A stretch of 64,000 nt of DNA, from assembly GCA_964187785.1 (NCBI GenBank), contig OZ076409.1, forward strand, positions 5,334,001-5,398,000. Reading direction: 5' to 3'. The stretch is from Amphiscolops sp. MND2022. Its lineage: Eukaryota. A model generated the notes under the pieces. The model had not been told where the DNA came from and did no database searches. It worked only from the letters and a program-made list of their open reading frames with translations. Position 1 is the stretch's first letter. The number at the start of each line of letters is the position of its first letter. Shown in pieces: positions 12,908 through 24,900 of this stretch. Position numbers and translations under genes: made by a program.

Positions 12908-15900
12908 TCAGTAGCAATAACCATTAACAAATTTTTTGAGTGCTTCATTACCTCTCTTACTCTTACAGAATTTAGTTGCTTGCTTGCATGATGGCTGATT
13001 TCAACTACATTATTACGTTTGTTTTGGATGTGGAGTTTTTAGAAGTTGACGTAGTTAAAGAAATTAGTGTAACCACACCGTACCACTCCGTATCTTTATC
13101 ATTCAAACCTCCCAGACCATGGAAAGATCTAACCCGTGAAGAACAACTGGAATACAACAACAATAACAACACTCTCAATGTTCCGTGGGATGAAGGCGCT
13201 ATTGACTATAAGGAACTGAGGAACGCTGTATACACCCTCATTCCACCAGGAGTCATGAAGTATGCAAAAGGAGTGCAAAAGTGTGACTTTTTCTCTCGTT
13301 TTTTCCATTTCAAAATTCACAATTTGGAAGACATGGGCTGCCCTGACGCCTCTGCAATCCAATATTTGATAAATAAGAACATTAAGGAGAACAACGACAA
13401 CGACGACGACGACGACAAAGAGAACAGGCCGTTGTGTCCCAATTTTCCCAAATATCCCAATCATTATGAAAAATGTGCAGCCATCAATAGTAAGCTTTAT
13501 CTCAAGTGGTTAGCCAATAAAATTAAAGAAGATCCTGCTGCTGCGGAAATGGCGCGAAAGACTTCCCCGCTGCGCAACGATGCAGCACTCACACTCATGT
13601 AATTATCAACATCATTTGTTAAATTTGCAGCATGACTGATCAGCCGGACCTTGCAGTGCAAGAATTCGTTTTTGATGAGAATAACCAAGAACGCAAGCCT
13701 TGGACACTTTGCGGCAAGCCTATTCCACGGTCCGAAATTGTCTTTTTCAGTCAATTACTTGCCATTCTTATGGTTATCTCATTTTGTATTTTCAAACTTT
13801 CTGTATCATCTTCAAACGATAAAGACAAGCCGGTTTGGATTGCCTTGCTGGCCAGTGCACTGGGATCTATTCTACCCAATCCGACACTGAAATGAACAAG
13901 GTCATTCCCACTGACAACCATGTGTTTATGTCTCTTGTTGGTCCATCCGGCTCTGGAAAGACTACTCCTTTGTATAAACTTTTAACCTTGCCAGTGTTTC
14001 AACCAAGGTACCAATCTGTAATTTTTTTCTATCAACATTATCAAGAAGCGTACGAAAAATTGAAGCGAGATGTTGAAGAAATTGAATTCATACAAGGACT
14101 AGACTTTGATTTGATCAATCAATCATTTACACATGACGGAAAAAAACGCTTGCTAATTTTTGATGACTTTTCAGAGGAACTTTTAAAATCTAAAGATTTC
14201 ACTCGGATTGCTACCGCTGGTAGACACTTGGGCTTGCATGTTTTGTATATTAAGCATAATTTATTTCATAAATCACCCATTGGAAGAGACGTAGAGTTGC
14301 AGTTGACTCATATCGTGCTTTTTCAATCTCCCCGTGACATTAATCAAATTGAACGACTTGGGCAACAGTTGGGCAAGCAAAAATTTTTACCTCTATGCTA
14401 TAAGGATGCCACATCCAAACCTTATGGATTTCTCATGATTGATCTGTCACCCAAAACATTGGATCTTTTACGATTTTGTACAAATTTGGAGCCAACAGTT
14501 TTCTATATACCCAGTGAAAAGGCCCGCATTACAGAGATTGACGATGACTACACAACAAGTTATTACCCTGCAGCATTTCAAGAGTCTTTCACTGGCCGAC
14601 CGGTTGGACATGTTGAAAAGATGTGAGGACAATTTCATTGAGTTTCTGGCCGAATCAGTTGTAAACATTTTGCAAGGTGTAGTGCCCGGAATCAGGCGGA
14701 AAGACATTGAAAAGTTCAAGCCACAAATTGTGCGAATCATTTCGACCAAAGCAACTCTTGCGGAACAGCGGGCCATATTCACTTCCCGAAAGGGGCTCTT
14801 GTTGCTAGATGTTATTATCGAGCATGTTATTCAATACTTTTTAAGTTAGTAGTAATGGAATTGAAAAAATTTGTATTGATACCTTTTTCACAGTACAAGA
14901 GTCAATTGGCATCGAGTAGGCCTGTCAGCACAGTATTGTACGATTCAAAATTGACCAATGAGGAAAAGACTAAAATTTTGCCTACATTGGACAGAAAAAA
15001 AAGGAGAGCTGCTGCTGTTGTAAGCACGCCCACCACCACGGTCACTGCTAGCACCGTACCTGCAAGTAGTAGTAGTAGTACAACAAAGACTATTGATCGT
15101 CAAAAGGAGGCAATTTTGTTGGATGTGGGTGGAAGCGAAACTGCTCAAAGACGTAGCGCTTCGTTGTACGACAAAATTTTGTCTAACCCAAAAATAGAAT
15201 TGACAAGTGAAGGTACAATTAAGCTGGAAAATTCCGACACAGACATTCCTCTCAGCACATTTTTATATAGATTACAGAACCCTTTTCCAAAAAGTAGTCC
15301 AGTAACACGACAGTTTTTGGACATTGTTGAAAATGTGAAAATCTCCGAACACTTGATTGCAAATCAGTCTCTGTTGAAACATCAAAGAAGTAGACAAAAT
15401 AAAGCTCCTCCTCTCGTCGGCTCGGACGACGACGCCGACGATGACGAAGAGGACTTTGAAAGCGTCGACGAAGGTGCAGGTAGCAGCAGCACGGCAACAA
15501 GCAGCAAGGAAAACAAAGAAGGAGGAAGAAAAGAATGGTATTCAGTCAAGGGCGAAAAGAAACAATTTTGAAAAAGACAGAGAAAAAAGATTGTTGGAGA
15601 AAGCTTGGAAGAGTGGTTTCTCAGCATATGGATCGCGTCAGAATTTGCAAAAAGCTACAAAATTGTCCGTGAAAAAAGTTGATGCCTTTTTGCAAGGTAA
15701 AAATTCCTACACAAAATTTTTCATTCCCCAGCGTAGATCCTATCCCCGATTGACGACACTTGCTTTCGACATTAACGACATTTGGTGCATGGACGTTGCT
15801 TACGTCGAAAAAATTGCCATGCCAAATGATGGTGTAAAATTTTTACTAGTCCGTGTAGATGTCTTGTCACGCTACTTGAGATTGGAACCACTGAAGCGAC

Positions 15901-18900
15901 TGACATCTGTTGCTGTGAAAGATGGTCTAGTTGCCACGTTAAATAAATGCCCGACAGTACATCCCAACAAAATTTGGACTGATCAAGGTCGAGAGTTTGA
16001 GGGAGAATTTCGCAAGTTTTGCAAAACTGTAGGAATACGCCAATATAATTCGTTCAGCGGTACAAAAGCAGCGTTTGCTGAGCGAGCCATTAGAGCCTTG
16101 AAGGCCCAAATTGTTCGGTATCTCGAAGAGGAGTGGTTGTGGCGCTATATTGACAAGTTGCCAGACTTTGTAAAAAATTCTCAACGACCGTGTGAATCGA
16201 TCAATTGGTATGGCACCGTCAAAAGTTGAGAAAAAACATGTGCTCAAACTTATCGCACTCAAACAAAGGTCTGCAGTGATGAAAGAAAAAAAGGCCAAGT
16301 ACAAGGTGGGCGACTTTGTACGCATTGCTTCAAAGAATGTACCCTTTAGAAAAGGATATCTGCAACAGTTTACAAATGAAATTTTTTCCATTTCCACAGT
16401 ATTCTCCACTCACCCACCCTCTTACATTTTGCGCGATGAAAAAGGCCAAGAAATTCAGGGCAAATTTTACGAAGCTGAGATTATTAAAGTACTTAAGTGA
16501 AAAAAATACATTTCACAAATCATTTTTCAGCTTTAATCGACAATGAGTGGTTGATTCCACAAACAAAACCCATTAAACAATTATTACCGTGGTCCCGTTA
16601 GACAAAGAGGAAGTGGCATTGGGTCTTTAGCCCTCAAAGTTGCACGTCATGCACTACCACTTTTGTCCAAGTACGTTTTGCCCTCTGCCAAAAGAGTGGG
16701 AAAAGATTTTGCTTTGAATTTGTTGCCCGAAGTATTTGATGTTGTCACTGGTCGTGGTGGTGAACCAGCAACATCTTCAAGCATTAAAAAGGCAGTAAAG
16801 CGTGCAGCGGGAAAAACAGTAAAGAAACAATTGGGCACTGGTGCAGCAAAAAAGAAGAGACGACAACAGTCAGTTGGAAAGCGTTCCAAGACCAAAAACA
16901 GTCGCACAGCAAAAAAGGGCCGCAAAAAAACATCAGGAGGCAAAACAACAACAACGAAAAAGACTCAAAAACGCAAAAAGATTGACATTTTTCAAAACTT
17001 GCCTTGACGGTCAATAACATTCGTAATATTATTCTCAAAACAATGACGACGACGGCGGCGCACATAATACCTAAAGCGGCAACCCACTCTAGTCTGGACA
17101 TTTTTTCTAAGCCAGAAGTGCTTGTGTCTTTTGACAATTCGTTTGAACAAGAAACGTTGCCAGTCACTGCACACGATGCACCAGTTTTTGAGTTTGTACT
17201 CACAACCGATCGAAACATTTACTTGGATTTGCAAAGCGTCGAATTGAAGTTGGAGGCAAAAATTGGAAAGGATGCCAATGGCAATACTAATTTGGAGACG
17301 GAGTTGGCTAGAGGCAACACTGTAGCTAAAGCAACCGACAAAGTCAGCTTCATCAACAACACTCTACACTCCTTCTTTTCCAATTGTGACATTTTAATCA
17401 ACAATGAAATTGTACACACGTCCAACAATTTGTATGCACAGAGAGCTTTTGTTGAAACTGAACTGTCCCACACACAGGGCTGTGCCACAACAAAGCTCAT
17501 TACGCAAGGCTACAACTTTGAGCCCGCCACCGGTGATATGCTTGCCCACCGAGAAACATGGACCTTAGGCTCCGCTTCAAAGACATTTTATGGAAAACTG
17601 GCGGTGGATTTCCTGGCATGTGATCAACTTCTCATTCCCAACTGTTCTATGCGAATTCGACTGACACGGAACAAGCCCGAATACTTGCTGCAAAGTGCTG
17701 TCACCAACCCTGCCTTCACCCCAAAAATTGAACGAGTGTCAATTTTTGCTCGTTACTACACTGTTGCAGAAAACTATCACGTCAATTTACAACGATCTCT
17801 ACTCAAGTGGCCTGCTAGATACAACTATTTTGAAGTACGCAGCAAGACATTTGTGATTCCAAGGGACCAAAGTCATTTCATTCGTGAAGATATTTTCAAT
17901 GCAGAACCCATTAGACGCATGGTACTGGCCATGTGTCCCAACAATCAGTTTACTGGACGTTGGACAGACACTCCGCTCGCATTCCACAAACACAATTTGA
18001 AGAAAGTGCGAGTATTGCGGAATGGTGTACCAGTGGTGGAATATAGCACAAGTTCCAACACTCAACTTTACTTTAAGACTATTCAAAAAATCCATTTCGA
18101 TCAAGACGGTCCCCTAATCAAGTTGGACAATTATGAAAATCACTACTATCTAGTTTTCGACCTTACCTCCACACTACAGTGCAATCAAGAAATTTACTAC
18201 CCCGAAATTGTGGGAGCACGAATACGGATCGAGCTCGAATTTTCGACCAACACTAGCACGCCTTTGGAGCTGTTTGTGCTGGGAGAACGATTTACAACAG
18301 TTCAAATTGATCATACAGGCAAAGTGTTGAAACATGGATAGTGCAGCCTTGCTACAAGTTATTTCCAAAATTCCCGCACTAAAATATCGATACTTGGGTT
18401 GCTTCGACCCCAATACTTTCATTTTCCCAATGCCAATAGACACTTTTCAAATTGTAAACACCACTACAGACGTTGAGGGACATTGGATAACGTTGATCCG
18501 CTTATCCAACGGTTTTCACTATTTTGGAGATTCCCTGAAAGCAACAAGTTTGAATCAATACCCATTGTTGTTTACCCGACTGCCAGAACAGAAGACAACA
18601 ACAACAACAACATTATTTCTACCTTTGAACACTTCAATAAAGCAGGTCGATTCCTTGTGTGGTCTCTATTGTATTTATTTTGCATGGAACTTGTTTGATA
18701 ATACACCTAAAGTGACGAATGATTTTGAATTGTATCAATTGTTTTGTAATCTTTTATAGAAAAAAAATGTTTGTAAAGAAAGTTTTTTTTTCAATCAGTA
18801 ATTGCAGGCACATGTTTTTTGCGAAAATGTAAATTTAAAACTACAAGACCCAAACTGGTAAAGGGAATTAATTTTCCCTTCATATCCCGAATCTCAATCT

Positions 18901-21900
18901 GTATACTATTGAAATTATCCAAACAAACATTTCGATACTGCAAATTGGAAAATGATCGGTTGTCGTAAGGGTATATGACAATCAAATCCTCATTTTTTGT
19001 TCGTTGACGAAATGTGAAGGCACGTAAAAGTTGGTTCTTCAAATTGCCCACGTTACTAAAGTCTACAATATCGCTGTATACAAAAATTGTGTGAAAACGT
19101 GCAATATCACAAGGGTAGGGAGCAATGATTTGGTCGGCCTCACAGTACACAGCATCCGTTCCCAATCCCAAAATTTGAGCCAAGTCATCACTTTGAATTT
19201 TGAAGTATACACGGCTCTGTCCTTCTGTAGTTCCTTCAAACGTGAATGAAAGGTTCAAAGTTTCCTCGTTGTAGGCAAAGAACATTGTCCTCTCCATGTT
19301 TGTAAAAGTAGCAATTTGAGTATTCATTGCGTCAATAATTTGACCAATTTCTGTGTAACAACCCTTTGGAATGTTAAAAGTACGATATTGATTCAAAAAG
19401 GGCACATCTGGATAACTATTTATAAGTTCCTTGCTGACAGTATCAGGTTTGTTTACAACAACACGATATCGTTGAAGAGTCGGTGTAGGAATATAGCCTA
19501 GCGTGAATTCACCGTCGGTGACATTGTATACTCGGTTTGGGAACGAAATGTCTGTCAGTGCAACTTCCCATTCACTACCTCTGCCCAAATTGATTGGATT
19601 TGACATAAAGTTTGAAAAAAATGCCAGAGTATTATTTGGATAAATGTCCAAACTTGCATTAGACAATAGATCAATGTAAAAGGAAGTCATTGTTTTAGGG
19701 AACTGTATAGGAAACACAGAATTTGATTGAATGAGAGTCAATCACTCTTCATTCATCTTCACTGCTGCTGCTGGAGCCAATCATCAGCTTTACCCTCTTT
19801 AGTTTTTTCTTTTTCGGTTGGCGAGAACATTTTTCGTCGTCGACATCCGCCGAAGTTTCTGCGTTGCTATCTGTATTATCGGATATCGACCAATAAGATC
19901 GTAAGGATTCTTCGTATTCTTGTGTTCCCAATTGATTCTCCGTAATGGGCACTAGTGTGTTTTCCAAACGATTGAACTCTCTTCTCAATTCCAGACTCAA
20001 ACAACCTGGATGTGTGCATTCCATTTCTTTCCAGTCATACGTTTCCAACAACATCAAATCAACAGAGTATTGACGGGGCAGTTGCGGCGGACTAGGAGCT
20101 GTCAAGTCAAAAAAACTTTGGTCGTCAGTGTCACTTTCTCCTTGCTCGTCGTCGTCGTCGTCGTCGTTCGATCTGAGCATTTTTTTTGCCGTATCAACTG
20201 TAACTTGAGCACTAATTAAGTGCAATAAATGAACCGGTAGGAGAAAAGACTCAACAATTTTCCATTCATCATTTGTTGCTGAGTTTTTCACTTCCTTTAT
20301 TAGGATTGCCGACGCTCCGAAATGTGTCTTGTAGGCAAATATACGTTCGACGTCATTACGTTGTGTGAATATGTAAATCATTGTTTCCAACAACAACAAA
20401 TTTATTCTGAAAACAAAAAAATGTTAGACTACTGCAAAAAACAATCACTTTGACTGTTGAAGGAGCTTCAGCAGTGACCAGTAGAATGGATGAGAGCTGC
20501 TTTCTTGACGAAGCGTGTTTTTAATTGATGGGAAAAAAGTTTATAAAAATTATACATTCTAATGCAAAATTTTTTTGCAGTGTGGAAAAAGGGCAGAATT
20601 TGCTATGTTACGTTGATCATTGTGAATCTTGTATAGTTGTCGGGTGGTAAACAAGAGCTACTCTAACTGCTATTCTCAGTCAATAAAAATGAAAACAAAA
20701 AAAATTTTTGAAAAAAAATTCAGAACAAAATATTGAGTGAACCCTAGACATGGGCACATCAAATTCGTCTAATTTTTCGTCCCGAATCTAAATTTTGCAT
20801 CAAAACGGCGTTTCTCGTAAAATTGGGGTTTTTCAAAAATTTTGCCCTATGGGGGGATTTTTCCCCTTTCGGAAAATAATTTTTCAAATGGTTATTTTTT
20901 GGTCTTTCCAATGATATATATGACGATGGGTGTTCGTGATAGTCATTGACAAGTGAAATTTCGAGTTTTAAAATTGACAAAAAATGACTGAAACTAAGTT
21001 TTTCCGTGAATCGAAACCATGCATTCATGTTTAAATTTTAATTCCAACCAGAATATGACAAAGATACCTCATTTCAGAATTTTTCATTTTTCTCCATGAT
21101 AAGGGGTTGTTGACGTTACAGTTATAAGTAGAAATTGAATATGTACAAAACTAGATTCATATCCATAAAGTGAGTCTTGAAGAATATTAGTGTTAAATGA
21201 AGAAAACTACAACTTAGCTATTAGTTGTTTTTGGGAGACGCCAATTGGAGAACATCGAGCAAAGTTCGTTCCAAAAACTGCCGAGTGTAGTGAAATTGGT
21301 CAGTCATGTCGACGCCCCTGGTACGCATCTTGTGCACGTTCAAAGATTTGCACTTTTCGAGCTGTTTCTGCAAAACTTTACCGACCCTTTTTTTGTTCGA
21401 ATTGGGAAGAAGTTGATTACGTCTCGCCAGACCAATCACTAGTTTGACACCTTTCGTTTTGCAAACTCTGTTCCATAGCATTAGTTTATCCGTAAGGTCT
21501 TTAGGTGACAGTGTTGAAACACTATTGTTCCCTTAAACACATTGTTTCCCAATCAACTATCATTTTTTATCGCAAGAAAAAAACTCAATTTTGTTGCTAC
21601 GGGGCAACAGGGTTAGGGTTAGGGTTAGGGTTAGGGTTAGGGTTAGGGTTAGGGTCGAAAAAAAAACACAAAAGAGTACAACTAACTTGGTGGCGTTGTG
21701 AGCGAATTGTAGAGAATGTCGGGAAAGATAAAGACGAACTGACACCCTGGTCGAGAAAGGGCTCGGAAAAACAAGGAGTCAAGTGTAGGTTTTGAAAAGT
21801 TTTGTTTAGAAGAGGAGGAGGAGGAGGAGTATTCATGACGACCGCCACTTTCGGCGAGAATTTGGATATGTTTATAATGAGATGAATCCTTAATGATTCT

Positions 21901-24900
21901 ACAAAGATTTGAAGCACCAATAACAATCGCGTGCTTTTTTTCCATAAAACTTGAAAACAGATGATGTGTTATTTCAGAGTCAGAGCAGAATAGTTTTGGT
22001 ACTAGAACAAATCGTGCAAGTACAGACAAAAACAAAAAAAACATGCAAATATTCATATTAGAACTGATTTTTGATACAAAAATACTTATGAGAGTTGTTT
22101 ATGCGTTTTTGGAGGGCCTGGAGGATACCCACATCAAGGGTACCTTTCCTCCAGGCCTCCACACATGCGCGCAGGAGCCCGCGCTCGTGCTTTCTGATCG
22201 CCCAGAAGGCGAACAGATCGAGCACGGGCTCCATCGCCGTCCCATCGATGTAGGATTGGATTCCCTGCAGCAAAAAGGTATTGGTTATTTTAACGAGTGT
22301 TTAACCTGAAGTTTCGAAAACAAAACTTAACGTACCTCGTGACGACAAATCATCAGCAAAGCGTCCCATGTCTCCGTCGATATTTCAGTGAGGCAGGAAC
22401 CTCTACATTTTTTGTTAATTAACCCCCAAGAATAATGATCCAAAAGGTCCAGTTCTTGGAGATTTAACATTTTGTTTAGGAATTGGTCTCAAGAATTGTT
22501 GCTGGTAACTTTTTGTTGCTGGTTGTTAAGTATTGTTGCTGGTGTTTAAATTTCTGAGCAAGGAATGAATTTTCCGTGCTCGTCAGGCTCAACCCACTAA
22601 GCAACTCCTCCGATTTTTTCGAGTTTCACTTTTATCTGGGAAACATCAAAGATTTTAACCCAGGCACATTTTCCATATCTGATCATTTGGAAACTCGGAT
22701 AAACAACCATATTCACTTTTTAGGGCCCATAAGACCTCGATCAAAGGCTCGGCTATCTTTTGAACCTGCTTTCAAAGTGCTGCAGGGTCCACCTTTATTC
22801 CTTTGAAATTCAGAACCCACCAAATTTGAGTTTCCAAGTGATGAATCAAAGAAAAGACCGACACTCTGTTAATTGGCATTGTTTTTTTTTCAGTTATAAT
22901 TAACAAAAAAATGTTGCCTTCACAATTCCAAAACAAATTAGAAGGCATTTTGATTGCTTTTTTTCCAAAAATTTAGCATTTTTTCCCGAAATTTTCATGC
23001 TTTTCTCAGACATTTTAGGTCATTTTGTCTCTTTACAGAATGTGAAAATTCGGTGTAAAAAGAAGCTGGGATGATTTCCATATGCTTGCTGGAATAGTTA
23101 ATGACTGTTTCCATTACGCAAATGAAGGCAATATCAGGGAAATTTGTTCCACAGCAATCACACTTCTAAAGAAAGGTAATATAATCTAAGAGCACATTCA
23201 TTTCAAAGTTGCTAGATTAAAAGAATTTTTATTGATTCCATTTCCTTTCATCCCATCTGCGTTCCATTTCCATTCCTAACAAACCACTCCTTCCATTTTT
23301 ATTACTTTCCAGCACGCCAAGGTAAGGAACTTTCCTTTCATTGCCTGAAATACGAACAAAAAATTATCGGGCCTGTATTTTGTTTTCGGATTTTGTTCGG
23401 CTCTCGGTGATTTTTTTTGTTCGGATATGTCATGTTCGTATCGCAAATATTACGTAACGTTTCAGAAAGTTTTCTTGTCCATATTTGGTTACTCACTCAA
23501 CCCCCCCCCCCCCACCTATAATGCCACGTACATTTACTACTGGGGACCCTTTTTGATTTCCAAACATGCATTCTGTTGCAGAATAACAAAAAACTCAAAG
23601 GGGGGACCCTTTGGGGACATTAAAAAATTTTCGAAAAAAGTCGCACAGTGCCGAAAAAAATCAAAAGGGGGGACCCTTTAGCCTCGGCCGGTTTTGTAGG
23701 TTACGTTAAAAAAGTAAAAAATGAAAGGGGGACCCTTTGCACTAAGTTTGTCTAGGCCCCTTTGCCGGCCTGGGGGCCTTAGGTGGTTTCAGGATTGTTT
23801 TTAAAAAGTGGACCGATCAGTGTGAGGATTGTAGTCTGAAGAAAACAAGACGGGAACGTCTAAAGTCGGCGCTATATCTAAGGCTCAAGAAGCGCAAAAA
23901 AATTTTTTTTTCCAAAAAATTTTTGAATAATTTTTCTTTCAGAAATAGTGGGATAGTGCCGAAAAATGTAAAAGGGGGGACCCTTTGGGCTTCATCAACA
24001 TATATTTTGTTGCAAAATATCAAAAACTCGAAAGGGGGACTCTTTTGATACATTAAAAAAATTTTGAAAAAAAGTCGCACAATGCCGAAAAAAAATGTAA
24101 GGGGGGACCCTTTAGTCTCGTCCGGTTTTGTAAAATAGTCTCGTCCGCTACGGTAAAATAGTAAAATATGAAAGGGGGGACCCTTTTGCACTAATTTCCG
24201 CTGACCGGAATTGGCCTTATGCTAGTAGTTTTAGTAGTTTCGATTGTAAGAAATGTGGCCCAATCAGAGTGAGACTGTAGTCTGACGAAAAAAAAAGAAA
24301 AAAAGAAAACTAGCCACTGTAAGAGTCGGGCACTTTTCTCTAGAAAAGCGCCGACTAAAAACGGGGGTGGTGGTGTCAACGATAAATTTTCTATTAAATC
24401 GCAGGCAAAGTAACAATTAGTAGTTCACGAGCTAAGACATCATGAAAATACGATAACTTACGGCATTATTGACTTTGCAAAACTTATTGACTTATTGCAC
24501 GAAAAAGAAAAAGGACACAAGCACCGTATGCTTATTTAAGCAAAAAGATTCATTTAGGCAATTGCAACAATTAGTAGCATTATGCTAAAGAATGCGCAAG
24601 TTTCAGTTTTGTTCTGTCTTGGCGAAATTAGCACTCAGCTAATTGATTTTTTTTTCGAACGAACCTGGCGTTATTTCGGTCTGCTTTTCGGATTCTCGGT
24701 CGTTGCAATTATGATTTCGTCTTTTGCAATTCTCGGGAAAGATCTTCGAGTTGACGCGGACATCACTTGCGGCATTCGATTGAAAATTCTAGTTATTTGA
24801 GTTTCTTCTAATTTTTCAGACATGTCACCAAATGTTGCAAACGTTGATGGTAGATGTCGATTTGATAAGGGAACTTGACATAACGATTTCAGTGAAATAG

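Larger units (their letters stand above)
5222..23541. mobile_element. Polinton/Maverick (adintovirus-like endogenous dsDNA virus), full length, 18,320 bp
   Basis: Termini AGTAGT...ACTACT, inverted terminal repeats, 6-bp TSD GGGGAC (5216-5221 and 23542-23547); core genes pPolB, ATPase, INT, MCP, mCP and protease. Confidence 0.97.

Noticed and set aside
21505..21926. ORFs with LGLGLG / NPNPNP / TLTLTL repeats
   Set aside because: Translations of the TTAGGG array, not proteins
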